Shown: positions 40,991-54,452, counted from the stretch's first letter. The stretch: 64,000 bases of DNA from Octopus vulgaris (GCA_951406725.2 OX597827.1:57474001-57538000), one strand, 5' to 3'. The notes: generated by a model not told the origin, from the letters alone. Program-made: numbers and translations.

Positions 40991-41382
40991 TAATCCAAAC
41001 AAGAAAGCACAAAAAAACACAACAACGCGAGGACGTGGAACAAATATAGTATTATTGGACGCTCAGGAAAGAAGGAGGGTTTAACGTTGCGAGCGGAGCT
41101 CTTCGTCGGAAACATAGGAGAAGGAAAGATCCAGAGAAGGGAAGACAGAGGAAAAATAATCGCCAACGGTACACACAAGGTCGTCCGAAGTCAGACGCCA
41201 TGATACATCGTTAGCTACTACACACATTTTTTTTCTCTCCTTGTTTTTTTCTGTGTATCTTTCTGTAGAAGAGCATAGGCTCGAAACGTAAAAGACTTTT
41301 TCTATTCCTGAGCGCTATACTAAAACATCTGTTTGTTTGTACACCACCTGCCTTCGTCTTTTGTTTATTTTCATAAACTTTC

Positions 41383-41426
<44 letters not shown>

Positions 41427-42378
41427 TGTGAGTGAGCAGACAAGCATCACCCTCACCATTTGACTTTCACCAACATGTATTGACTTTCACCAACATGTAA
41501 TGAATAAGTAACTTCTGAAGGCAAAAGAGGATGAAGACCACCACAATGCTGAAGCCATAAAAACTAATTTAATCAATAGTTTAGCTTTAAGCCTTCAGAG
41601 ATATCAAGTATTACAGATATTTCTTCAGTAAAAAGGTGGTGAGCAATCAGAATCGTTAGCACACCAAGCGAAAATCTTAGTGGTATTTCGTCTGTCTTTA
41701 CATTCTGAGTTCAAATTCTGCTGAGATTGACTCTGCCTTTCATCCTTTTGAGGTCAACAAACTAAGTATCAGTTACATACTGGGGTCGATCTAATCGACA
41801 GGTCCCTTCCCCAAAAATTTTGGGCCTTGTGCCTAGAGTAGAAAAGGATATTTCTTCAACAATGGTTACCAACTGAAATATTGTAACACCCAAAGTGTTT
41901 TGTAGGCAATAGATTGAGGTGTTGCAAGATTGTAGGAAGCTCGTTTCTCAACCACATGGTTTTGGGTTCAGTCCCACTGCACGGCACCTTGAGCAAGTGG
42001 CTTCTGATATAGCTTCAGGTCAACCAAAGCCTTGTGAGTGAATCTGGTAGTCAGAAGTTCTGTGTATGTGTTTACATGTGTTTATGAAAGTGCTTGTGCT
42101 TCTTTCAATACATAGGAAGGAAATGAGATTTCTATGAGATACAAAATATATTGAAGAGGTTTTTGTTTGAAATTCTTAAAAAAAAGTATTTGAATCTCAA
42201 TAGTCATAGAAAGGTATGTATATTCTAAAGGAATATACATGACCTTTCATCTTTCTCACATCCTTGGGCACATAAAATGACCTGATCATATTATCAGGGT
42301 GAATATTTCTTAATAGTGAAATAGAATATTAATAGATAAATCTTTAAATATGAACATTATCAAAAGTATTACATCTGT

Positions 42379-42726
42379 TTCGCTTTCGGATTTGGTTTGC
42401 AAGATTCTTTATATGAGTTCGTGTGTTGAAGCATATTCTGTTATGTTTGAGCACAGTCATTTTCTTTTTGTGCCTTATAATGTAACACACTCACCGGTAA
42501 AATTTTCGCTTATTTCTTATTTTTATTTTCCTAAAATTTTCGTTGCATCTTGCAACAAAAAGGAACGCAGTGTAAATAATGGACAGAGTCAAGACTATTG
42601 AAAAGGTTGCAAAACACAACGAAAATTTTAGGAAAATGAAAATAAGAAATAAGTGGAAATTTTACCGGTGAGTGTATTAAATTATAAGGTACAAAAAGAA
42701 AATGACTCTCCCCAGACACAACAAAA
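42379..42726. mobile_element. Insertion with internal ~90-bp inverted repeat and 12-bp flanking direct repeat
   Basis: TATTACATCTGT at 42367 and 42727; arms ~42456-42546 and ~42618-42707. Confidence 0.7.
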
Positions 42727-43122
42727 TATTACATCTGTGTCTTACCAAAATCATTATATCTGTGCATGTGCGTAAGCACATCTGTTAGTGTCTTGATGTA
42801 GGTGTATTATGTGTGTGAAGCTTGCATAGAGTATGTGAAGTTTGTGTATATGTATTGAAGCTGAAATATAGAAAACATGTCGGTTTTCAACCTAATGATA
42901 GGTGACAGATGATGTAATTAATTTGAAGTTAATCAAGCACTTACCATTAGGTTGATTAACTTCAAATTAATGACATCAGCTGTCACCATTTTTTGTAGTT
43001 TTCATCTTATTAAAGGTTTCAACCAATAATTCATATAAAGACTTTTGAAATGAATATGCATATAGAAATTCAGGCAAAATAGAAAGACAGGCAAAGACAG
43101 AAAAATAAAGCATTTTTTTTAC

Positions 43123-43212
43123 CTAAGTCTATTCCAAGGATCTTTGGTACAGGAGGTGGCAGCAGATACTGAGCCAAATAACCAGCCAACAGCAATGCCA
43201 AGATGGAAGAAC
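43123..43212 (-). CDS. HSPA13: HSPA13 coding exon 2 (hydrophobic leader and start of ATPase domain)
   Basis: GSSILALLLAGYLAQYLLPPPVPKILGIDLG; TTTAG/GT boundaries. Confidence 0.95.
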
Positions 43213-43442
43213 CTAAAAGAAAGAACAAAACAATACAGCTCGTATTAAAACAAATACGATATCTTAACCCTTTAGCATTCAGATTACTCTGTCAAATGTA
43301 TTGCCTATTTACTCGCATTGTTTTGAATTAAATATGTATTATTTCGTAGTTTCAAGATCTCAACAGTGTGTTTGTATATTTTCAGAGGGACATTGTAAGG
43401 TAGGTGTGAAAGGTTGGATCTGGTTAGTTTTGACATAAAATA

Positions 43443-43791
43443 CACCTTTAGTCGAGCAGATCGACCCCAGGACTTATTCTTTGTAAGCCTAGTACTTATT
43501 CTATAGGTCTCTTTGGCTGAACCGCTAAGTTACAGGGACATAAACACACCAGCATCGGTTGTCAAGCGATGTTGGGGGGACAAACACAGACACACACAAA
43601 CATATACACACACATATACATATATACGACGAGCTTCTTTTAGTTTCTGTCTACCAAATCCACTCACAAGGCTTTGGTCGGCCCAAGACTATAGTAGAAG
43701 ACACTTGCCCAAAGTGCCACGCAGTGGGACTGAACCCAGAACCATGTGGTTTGTAAGCAAGCTACTTACCACACAGCCACTCCTACGCCTA
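43443..43791 (-). mobile_element. tRNA-derived SINE family A
   Basis: Identity to other copies; another copy at 45995-46363. Confidence 0.85.
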
Positions 43792-44589
43792 TTTTATCGA
43801 CTCTAGAAATATGAAAAACAAAATTGACCTCAGTAAGAGTTGAACTTAGACCCTAATAATCTATAACTGAAATAATCTATAACTGAAATTTGGGGGTGGG
43901 AGATAGTCAATTACATCAACCTCAATACCTAACTGGTACTTATTTTACTGACCCTGAAAGGATGAAGGGCAAAGTCAACCTTGGCAGAATTTGAACTCAG
44001 AATGTAAGGACAGATGAAATACTGCTAAGCATTTTGCTTGGCATGCTAACAATTCAGCCAGCTTGCTGCCTTATCTGTAACTAAAATAATATTTATGAGA
44101 ACCCAGGTTTGAAATTTCCCCAAGACACCTGATGAAGGCTGGAGGGTATATCAGCCGAAACATGTTAACAACAAACAAGATGAGGACAAATATCAGTCAA
44201 CTGTAAATAATGTAAAAATAACAGCACTACAAAATATTGATTTCAAATTCTGGCACAAGGCCAACAACTTTGGGGGAGAGGGAGGGAGCCAGTTGATTAC
44301 ATCAACTCCAGTTCTCAACTGGTTCTTATTTTACTGACCCTGAAAGGATGAAAGGCAAAGTTGACCTTGGCAGAATTTGAACTCAGAACTTAAAGAAAGA
44401 CAAAATGTTGCTAAGTATTTTGCCTGGTGTGCTAATGATTCTGCCAGCTTGCCACCTCTCAAAACTAGAAAATATTAGTATGGCTAACATAGAAGAAAGA
44501 AAGTTAAAATGTAGGGATGTAGTTGAATACATACCAACATACTATATAAAATCAATAAATACCCCTTAAGCTATTTCTTTCTTTTTCTT

Positions 44590-44837
44590 TGCACCCTTTT
44601 AAAGCCTAGCCATGCTCATGGACCTGGTTTCCCAGTTTCAATGGTGTATGTGTTCCCCAGCTGGACAGGATGCCAGTCCATCGCAGCGTTACTCATTATT
44701 GCCAGTTGAGTGGACTGGAGCAATGTGAAATGAAGTGTTTTGCTCAAGAACACAACGCGTCACCCGGTCCACGAATCGAAACCACAATCTTACAATCATG
44801 ATGCTGACACCCTAACCACTAATCCACGTGCCTCTAC
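44590..44837 (-). mobile_element. tRNA-derived SINE family D (core TGTGTTCTTGAGCAAAACACTT)
   Basis: Head GTAGAGGCACGTGG..TAGTGGTTAGGG..GGTTTCGATTC; related pieces at 7134-7188 and 11590-11710. Confidence 0.7.
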
Positions 44838-47335
44838 CCTTAAGCTATTTAGTCAATGGAAAATCAGTGAATGCTTTTTATCTATATATAAAACTAAGTA
44901 GAATTGATTCCTGTTTAAACATTACCTATCAGAGGACTTGAGCAGCTCATCAGAACTAGCTGAAGAAGTACGCATTAATTTCAGTACTCTTTCTTACAAC
45001 TGTTAACTGCAACTCTTCAAGATGTCTATTTTCAAGATGAACTGAGCCACTAAAAGTTGTGTTATTTATCAAAAATGCAGTGTGAAATGATATAGAAATT
45101 GTTAATGTTAGAACTCTATCACCTTATCTAGCTGTAATTAGCACAAATACTGAATTAATTATCATCAAAATTTTGAATTCTCAGTTCAAACATCAAATTT
45201 CTTGAAGTTCATTGGAATCATTATATTACTGTTCTTGGGTGACTGACTTGACTCATGTTAATCTTTATCCATTTTAACACTACCACCTAACATTTGGGTA
45301 CCTTTACAAGAGTTAATTTTATTATAATAAGCATTTGGGGTTAGATCTATGGCCTGAGAATAACTTTACCCCACCTGTCTCAAAGGCTCTGAAAAGGGTC
45401 ATAACTATCCACCATCCTCAGATGAAGCTGGAAAAAAGTGGGGAAAAAAAAGAGATTTCTCCAGAGTCTTGTATAATTTATTCTTATTACACAACTAATT
45501 ATCAGAACTAAGGTTTCTTCAAAATTCCAATGAAGTTAGACATGTCAACTAATAATTGCACATAGGCCAACAAAAAGGCCTCAACTTTACTGTTGGAATT
45601 GCTACAAATAGTAGTCATATCTAAATAATATAAAACTAGTTGCTAGAACATTCTAAAGCTACTTAACACATCTGATAATAAAAAAAAAACTTGGGAATAT
45701 GTAACAGCTGTTCATGACAATCCACTTCTCCAAAGTGTTGGCCTCATAAACTACTACATTACAGGTCCAAAAAATATTTTCTTTCAATGTTATACAATAC
45801 TATAGAAAAGTCATCAGTGACTGAATACTCTCTTTAACTGTCTACAATGATAGTGCTTATGAACCTACAGTTACGAAGGGCTTCAGTAAATCGGGTTCGC
45901 TAACCTAGCACTTTTTCGTTGCTAGTTTGATTTAATAAACTACTAGAGTATTAATAGCGTTTTTGTTTTAATGTTATACTACACCAAGTATATACTCTTA
46001 CTCTTTACTCTTTTACTTGTTTCAGTCATGTGACTGTGGCCATGCTGAAGCACCGCCTTTAGTCGAGCAAACCGACCCCAGGACTTATTCTATCAGTCTC
46101 TCTTGCCGAACCGCTAAGTTACGGGGACATAAACACACCAGCATCGGTTGTCAAGTGATGTTGGTGGAGACAAACACAGACACACAAACACACACATACA
46201 TATATACGACGAGCTTCTTTCAGTTTCCGTCTACCAAATCCACTCACAAGGCTTTGGTCGGCCCGAAGCTATAGTAGAAGACACTTGTCCAAGGTGCCAC
46301 GCAGTGGGACTGAACCATGTAGTTCGTAAGCAAGCTACTTACCACACAGCCACTCCTACGCCTATATATCTAGAAATTTTTTGCTACAAGTTATAAATAT
46401 CATGTCTAATGTAAAATATCTTCATGGGCAGCAAAAGCAAGTTCTCAGATACTAATGTTATCTCAAAACAAAATTCAAACTAATGTGGCTTATCCTGCTG
46501 TTTCTCTCTGCGAACATATTGTGTATATTAAAAAAATAGTGTTTGCAAGAGGAGTTAACTCCAAGGTGAAAAATCTCAGAACTGAGATGGAAACCAGAAA
46601 AAAAAAAAAAAAATAGGAATCTGAAAGAAAATAATATAAATTCTACTCTAGAGTTTAATGTTAATATTTATGTTGCCAGGAGAAATGTCAACACACGTCG
46701 CCAAACGAGCTGTTTGTATTTATAAATTCAACAGTTGTCAGTTAACAAACAAGGGATATCAAAATATTCCGTCTGCTAAAACAGCCCACGCTTTCAGTTG
46801 TAGTCAGCTGGGAAACACGAAATTTTAAGCAGCCGAATGAAAACGCTTCAACGTATAAACGCAACCGATAATTTACGATTTTCAACAGCAATCTATTTTT
46901 TTCTTAAATATATATTTTTTAATTTATCAATCTATAATACTTCACTCTTGATAATTCTGCTACTCAGTTCAACAAAGGTCGCCAATCTTTTAATCATTTA
47001 AATCAATTTTCTATATACATATATATTCCAATACCGCGCACTTTTAAACATTTACGTCTCGGTCTTTGCTAGCCGTATATGTATAGTGTAACCTTGTAGC
47101 TTAATGTAACATTAAGTTGTGAATTCGGATGAAATCATGTTTAAATGTATGATCAAACATGACCAAACCATAATCATAATCTATAATTTATAAAATGGAC
47201 ATGACTACATTATCCTGCTTACATTTTATTATTGTTTAGTCCCAGTCGTCCCTAATCAAAAAGATTCCAGTTGTGACCATTCCGTAATTAAAATAAAATC
47301 CCAGTTTTCTTTCATTGTCTAGGTAAAATATATCG

Positions 47336-47700
47336 GAATGTGTGTGGGTGGTAAGAAATTTGCTTCCCAACCACATGGTTCCGGATTCACTCCCACCGTG
47401 TGACACCTTGGGCAAGTGTCTTCTACTACAGCCTCGGGCCGACAAAAGCCTTGTGAATGGATTTTGTAGATGGAAGCTAAAAGCTCGTCGTGTGTGTGTG
47501 TGTGTCCCACCACCGCATGACAATTGCTATTCGTGCGTTTACGTCCCCGTAACTTAGAGGTTCGGCAAAAAAGGGACTACAGAATAAGTACCATGCTTTA
47601 AAAAAATATATAAGAATTGGGATCGAGTCATTCGATTAAAAATTCTTCAAGGCAGTGCCCCGGCATGGCCACAGCCTAATGAGTGAATCAAGTAAAAGAT
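47336..47700 (+). mobile_element. tRNA-derived SINE family A (diverged)
   Basis: Identity to other copies; another copy at 49820-50180. Confidence 0.8.
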
Positions 47701-48112
47701 AAGAGATATATAAAAACTGAAATAACGAAATTTGATAACGATAAGAACTAAACAGTATTACATTTAAATAGGTAAACGCGTCCAGCTTATCAATAATAAC
47801 CATATGGGCATTGACAATTTACTCACAAGTACAATTAGTAATGTTCACGATATTTTAGTGTATCCTACTAAGTAAGGCAGTATAAAAGATACGTTTGGGA
47901 GCAAAATAAAGCCGTTGTGGAAAAATCCTGTTGGTGCCGTCATCGTTAAAGATAAAAGAAATAATTCTTTCCTTAGCCGGATTCTAATCCGAGAGCGATA
48001 AGCCAGGAATTATATCCAATATTGTGTTAATATTAGATAAATTACTGAAAAATTAGTGAAAAAGAAGTTACAAACTATAATTGTCAGGTAGATATATAAA
48101 CCCATTACTTAC

Positions 48113-48137
48113 CTAAAATTACGAATCCAACTCCCAT
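48113..48137 (-). CDS. HSPA13: HSPA13 coding exon 1
   Basis: ATG GGA GTT GGA TTC GTA ATT TTA G then GTAAGT (MGVGFVILG, comparable to vertebrate MAREMTILG); the seven exons sum to 1299 nt, 432 aa plus stop. Confidence 0.88.
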
Positions 48138-48334
48138 CTTAGCTCCAAGTCACAGGTAGTGAGAGAAAAACGAAATTTTAGAAACCGGTTGTTGACAAGA
48201 TTGATTCAACAGGGAAATACACGTGTTAATTACAGCGATCCTGGCGGGTCATATTTATTACTAAGGGGAAGTGACTCCCGATTCCTTTTTTTTAATTCAC
48301 CTCGAACACGCACTCTAAAGAAAAATCTAAATAA
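48138..48334. promoter_or_regulatory. Putative bidirectional promoter and 5' UTRs of HSPA13 and PLPBP
   Basis: 197 bp between divergent ATGs; repeat-free; CACGTG at 48220-48225 and GGAAGTG at 48267-48273. Confidence 0.75.
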
Positions 48335-48433
48335 ATGAGGTCTGCAGCATTAAGAATGGCAGAACTGGAAGTTGGACAAGCTTTAAAGACAGTATATCAA
48401 CGGATGGAACAAGGGTTCTTGCGACGTCCTCCG
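48335..48433 (+). CDS. PLPBP: Pyridoxal phosphate homeostasis protein (PROSC/YggS family), coding exon 1
   Basis: MRSAALRMAELEVGQALKTVYQRMEQGFLRRPP then GTAAGA donor. Confidence 0.88.
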
Positions 48434-49967
48434 GTAAGATATTTTTCAAGTCTAACATTTATCAAAATAAATGTCAACAAATCTAAGAATTGTCTTCAAT
48501 TAAAATATATTTGGATTAATGCACAGTCTATGTTTGATCGAACAAAAACGAAATTAATAAAAAATAATAAAGGAAAGAGCTTGTATTTCAAGTTTGTGAG
48601 CTTAAAAAAACACACGCTATATTAATGGTTGACATTGATGATTTTGAACTGATATTGTTCTCAGTGTGAGAACTAGTTTACATGTTTTCCCTCTAAGTGT
48701 GCCTTATCTTAATGATTTGATAACATGTTATGTAAGTTAGTCTATATATAAAACTGCTTTTACGTAATTCATTTAATTTGTCTCCCTAGAGTTGATATCG
48801 CTTATATTGTATGTTTAGTGTAAATTCTGAGTTTTCTTAAAACATACTTATAGGAATCTTAGGCGGATTATTGTGCCAAGTTCCTAAAAGTACATGTTTC
48901 TATGCCATTCGGTTAGCAGCTAATTGTAATATTATTGTTTATTGTATACGTTTTAAATATTTCACGGGACCTGGATTATTTAAGGTTACTACTAGTTTTA
49001 TAAATATTTGGATAAATAATTTATCTGCGAGAGAAAGGAACTCGTGGGGTTACGATTGTATCTGAATAACAACAATAATAAAAAATACTGCGATATGATA
49101 ATAGTGCCGCCGGTTAATAACAAACTTCCAGTTAACGACCTAGATAAGGCAGAAAGTCTTGGCTACGATAATAACGAACATAAAACTTATTTGTTTTTAT
49201 CTAAAGCAGTTATAATGATCATCCGAAAATGTCGATAATGATAGAAGAAACACCGGAACGTGAAACGATAAACTCCAGCAGCATAAGATCTGTATATGTC
49301 AGCAGCAAGAAATTAGTAATTAATGAAAGGATCAGATATTTATAACAACGAAATCTGATTGACTCTATTCAATGTTTTTCTGAAAGAATTAACTCGATTC
49401 ATGATTTGTTTTAAAATCAAATTAAAATTGAAGGACACTAGTAGAGATCTAATTCAAATATGACTCGTAGATGGTATACAATCATTTTAGCATCGTGTAA
49501 AAAAAGCATTAGAATATCTTCAAACAAGTGATCCAAATCTTAATGCAGACAGTGAGTTCATTCAACACCTTGAAATTATTACTGAATATCAGATTACTGA
49601 AACAAAGAAACAAAACATTGAAATACGGTGTGATCTTGAAGATGTCCCCGATTCAAATTTCAAATGTTGATAGAAACGAATACAGATCTGATTCTGATTC
49701 CAACTATGGTTTTTTTTTTTGTGGGGGGGGGGGGGTGAATTATAAGCATACACCATTAAGTAAATCTTGTTTTAAATAATAACTTCCTGGTAATATGGAA
49801 ATATACAAAAGATTAAGATATGGCTGTGTAGTAAGAAGCTTGATTCCCAATCACATGGTTCTGGGTTCAGTCCTAATGTGTGGCACCTTAGGCAAGTGTC
49901 TTTTATTATAGCCCTGGGCCAACCAAAGCGTTGTGAGTGGATTTGGTTGACAGAAACTGAAAGAAGC

Positions 49968-50018
<51 letters not shown>

Positions 50019-50410
50019 TGTCTGTATTTGTCCCTATAACTTAGTGGTTCAGTAAAATAGAGTGATAGAATAAGTACTCGGCTTCCCAAAAAAATAATTG
50101 TAGGGTTGATTTGTTTGACTAAAATTCCTTGAGGTGATGCCCCAGCATGGCTACAGTCTAATGACTGAAACAAGTAAGAGATAAGATTCCATAAGTATTT
50201 ATGATGTTGACATAATAAGGCCACAATGATAAATGTCAAATTCATTAATATTGGTCATTATGCACAGCATGTAAGATCACATTTGCAGTTAGGTCACTAT
50301 GATATCTTAGAATGTCTGGATGGATTTCAATTAAACCAAAGTTTCAAAAAGTGTGATTTCAAACTTAAATAATTCGATGAATTGCTGACTAAATTTTAGG
50401 AAAATTTAAT

Positions 50411-50630
50411 ATTGGGTTGTCTGGAAAGTTTGTGCCAATTTATAGTAGCTTACCTTTCGACTTATTTTAGAACTTGGTTGAGTCCATAAAATAGGATTTG
50501 ACTACACCTTCATTTAGAGCACATTTTAAGCTGTCTTTTCATGGAAGAAGGTTTATGTTCCTATAACCTGTGTTAATTCTGTAACCCTTTAAAATGGAAG
50601 ATAAGAAAGTTCATTTTTGGCAACCCCAAT
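50411..50630 (+). mobile_element. Internally deleted mariner
   Basis: TTGGGTTG...CAACCCCAA termini; retains a transposase-like start MEDKKVHF. Confidence 0.6.
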
Positions 50631-50994
50631 GCTCAAATGGTACTTATTTTATTGATACCGAAAGGATGAAAGGCAAAGTTGACCCTAGTGGCATTTGAAC
50701 TCAGAACATAAAGACAGATGAACCATTGCTAACACATTAATTTACAAGTGAAGTAGAAAAACTGAAGAAACTAATTAAAGTTATTTACGAGTTCCTCCTA
50801 AAAGACTGATGGATACCTGAGAATATGTAAAGACTATAGAGAAAAATGAAGGAATAGTTCTTGTTACATTTCTGTACTAACTTGTGAATTGACTAAATTA
50901 TTGAGTTAGATTTGTTCTTTTTTGAAACTAGATATAAGTAAACTTTTTTGTTTATGATACTTTAGTGAACAACATTTTCCTCAGTTCATTTATT

Positions 50995-51210
50995 CAGGAT
51001 GGGCCAAAGCTCACAAAGTGGGCTGAAATTTCAATAAACTTTTCAATTACATTTTCTTAATGATTTATGATAAGTGATTTTTCACGTCAGTGTACATTTG
51101 TTTCCAATACATACTGTATATGATGCTATGGTATTATAAAATTTAAAACAAAAAAAAAATAAAGGAATTATTAAGTATTGAAACTCCTTTGTGACTTTTG
51201 ACCCACCCTA
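50995..51210. mobile_element. Tc1-like MITE
   Basis: Imperfect TIR CAGGATGGGCCAAAGCTCAC / GTGACTTTTGACCCACCCT. Confidence 0.55.
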
Positions 51211-51458
51211 TGTAATTAGAGTAGTGTGTGAAATTATACCAATATTGTATCCAACAAACTTAAACATGGATAGAAGAACAGCATCAGTCCCACCAATCTT
51301 AGAAAACCTGTATATGTTATAAGCACTGCCTCTCCCACTTGTCTCAACATTTACTGACAGATTCATTGAATTTGTTCTGATTGTTATTGAATGACTAATG
51401 GTTGATTACCTATCAATTCTAAAACAAATCCTTAATAGAATAACAGGTTGGAAATAAC

Positions 51459-52735
51459 AATCCTTTCTACTAGAAGAACAAGGCCTGGAATTTTGGAGTT
51501 GGGGACTTGTCGATTACATTGACCCCAGTGTTTCACGGGTACTTATTTATTGACCCTGAAAGGATGAAAGGCAAAGTTGACCATGGCAGAATTTGGACTC
51601 AAAGTGTAAAGACAGGTGAAATGCCACTAAGCATTTTGCCCAGCATGCTAATGGTTCTGCCAGCTCACCACCTTAATAATAATAATCCTTTAGGGTGAAG
51701 GTGGGGGGAGACTTGTTGATTACATCGACCCCAATGTTTCACTGGTACTTAATTTATCAACCTCAGAAGAATGAAAGGTAAAGTCGACCTCAGTGGAATT
51801 TGAACTCTGAACACAGAGACAGATAAAATACCACTAAGTATTTTACCCAGCATGCTAACGACTCAGCAAGCTCACTGCCTGATATTAATCATCATCATCA
51901 TCATCGTCGTCGTTTAGCGTCCGTTTTCCATGCTAGCATGGGTTGGACGGTTCTACTGGGGTCTGTGAAGCCAGAAGGCTTCATCAGGCCCAGTCAATAA
52001 TAATAATAGTAATAATGGTTTCAATTTTTGACACAAGGCCAGTAATTTCAGGAGAGGGGGTAAGTCAATTAAATTAATCCCAGTGCCCAACTGGTACTTA
52101 TTTCATCAACCCCAGAAGGATGAAATGTGAAGTCAACCTTTGCAGGATTTTCATTCAGAATGTAAAGATAGACAAAATGTCACTAAGCATTTTGCCCAGC
52201 ATGTTAACGATTATGCCAGCTCCCCACCTTATTAATAATAATAATAATGATAATGAAACCTTTAATTGGAATGAAGTTCAACATCCATATAGAAGTTACA
52301 ACATTCAGATTGACCTTGCCTCCACCTGTGTTTGCCACTCACTTCATCTCCTCTTCTAAGGTAGCAAGCTGGCAGACTCATTAGCACACCAGGCAAAATG
52401 CTTAGCAGCATTTCGTTTGTATTTATGTTCTAAGATTCAATATCACCAATCAACTTACCCCAATCCCCAGAAGGTAGCTGTGTGCCAAAAATATGAAACC
52501 AATATTTGTTCTTGTTCTAAGGTGATTGAGCTGGCTGAATCATTACCATTCAGGACAAAATGCTTAGTGGGATTTCTTCTAACTTTACATTCTTATTTCA
52601 AATGCTACTAAGGCCAGCTTTGCTTTTCATCCTTTCAGGGTCAGTGAAATAAACACCAGTTGAGCACTGAGGTTGATGTAATCAGCTTACCCCACTCACC
52701 CAAAATTGCTGGTCTTGTGCAAAAATTATAATCCA
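51459..52735. mobile_element. Cluster of family B SINE copies (three minus, two plus) plus an RTE tail
   Basis: Repeated family B core. Confidence 0.7.
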
Positions 52736-54136
52736 ATATTTGTTTTTTATTGTTTGTAATCTGAATTAAAATCCCATTGGCTTTAAAAGCATCTTCTTTC
52801 TTCTCGGTTTCTGTATCTCTGCTTCCCTCTCTCTCCTACTTTTTCTCTATTTAATGTGGCTACAGCTTATAAGAGAATATCTTGTAAAATAAAATGTAAG
52901 GCAACAAGAGACTACCATTAGTCTCCTATTAAAATTCCATGACATAGGGTTTATCAAGAAAGCTACCAGGGATTGTTTGTAGATCTGGTGACACAAGGAA
53001 GAAGACTACCAAAATTAATTATTTCTTATATACATATGAGCCCTAGTATTTGCATTTTAGAGGAAATTATACTGGATAGTGTAGGGTTTCAGCTTACCCC
53101 CAAAGCATTAGCAAGACAATTGAGGTCTTCTTGTCTTCTAAAATATAATTCTGTTCACATCAAGGTTGCCTTTATGGGAGTAGTCAGTCAAACCCCTACT
53201 TCAATGGTACTTTATTTTAACCATTAGAGGATTTTAATTCAATGTATAAAGAGTCATAACTAAATCTTTTATCTTTTACTTGTTTCAGTCATTGGACTGC
53301 AGTCATGTTGAGGCATTGTCTTGAAGGGTTTAGTCAAGCAATTCAGCTCCATTATTTATTCTATCTATCTCCAAGCATTGAAGTATTGTTTCATCTTGGA
53401 TTTGAAACTGGGTTATGCATTCAGTTTACCTGAAACTTACTACCCTTTATTTTGATTAAGCACGGTTTTTTTGGGGAGGGGTGTAGTCCAAGTCATATTC
53501 AAGATGGTATGGTGAAGCGATAGTCATCTGAGTGTTAAACAGAATGCCTCACACTATTCTGGCTCTCTCTCATTCTGAGTTCAAATCCTGTTGAGGTTCT
53601 TTTGCCTTTCGTCCCATCAAGGTCAAAAAGGTATCAGTTAAATACTGAGTTGAGTTTATTTTTGTCTCTCACTCAGTCAATCAATGTGAAGTGGTCAAGA
53701 AAGAAGCATTCAGGTCATGGTCTCCCCCACACACACACACACACACACAATCCTTTCTCTTTCTTATTGTAGACACAAACAAGAAAGAAAGATATCTGAT
53801 TCAGTTGACCCTAGTATATTACTAAAAGAGTAACTATATGGAGGTACCCCAGCACATCCACTGCAAGTGGACACTAAAACACCAAGGAATTTTCATTCAT
53901 CAAAATTAACCCCATAATGATAAGGACAATCTTTATCTAAATGATTATCAATGATCAAAAACAAATGAAGAGAGAGAACAGTAAAAATATTACTTAATTA
54001 AAAATTTATTATATTTAAAATGCTATGAAAAGTGTGTTGTTTAGAAGTTATGTATGACAACTCTGGATATGTTTCAGGATTGCCTCCCCTTTTTTTAATT
54101 TTTTTTTTAGTTTTTACAAGATTTAATCATCCAGAT

Positions 54137-54452
54137 CAGTGCTTCTCAAACTATCTCATGTGGCATATCAGCAGTTTTTTTGGGGGGGTTTTCCAATGTG
54201 TCAGGGACCAGTAATATTAATTCATACCGGAAACAATATATATAATGAATATAATAAAAGTTGACAAATTTTAATCTTATATTTATTTATCTTTTATATA
54301 TATTTTATCTTATATGCTTATGTAATATTGTAATAATACAATATTACTTAAGCATTTTATGATTCTTTCTTTTTTGGAAACTCACCGCATACTGGCAACT
54401 GATGGCTCACAGACCGGCACCGGTCCACAGACCACCATTTTGAGTAGCACTG
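54137..54452. mobile_element. hAT (Charlie-like) MITE, directly followed by a second hAT end at 54461
   Basis: CAGTGCTTCTCAAA...TTTGAGTAGCACTG; 8-bp TSD ATCCAGAT/ATCTAGAT. Confidence 0.8.
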
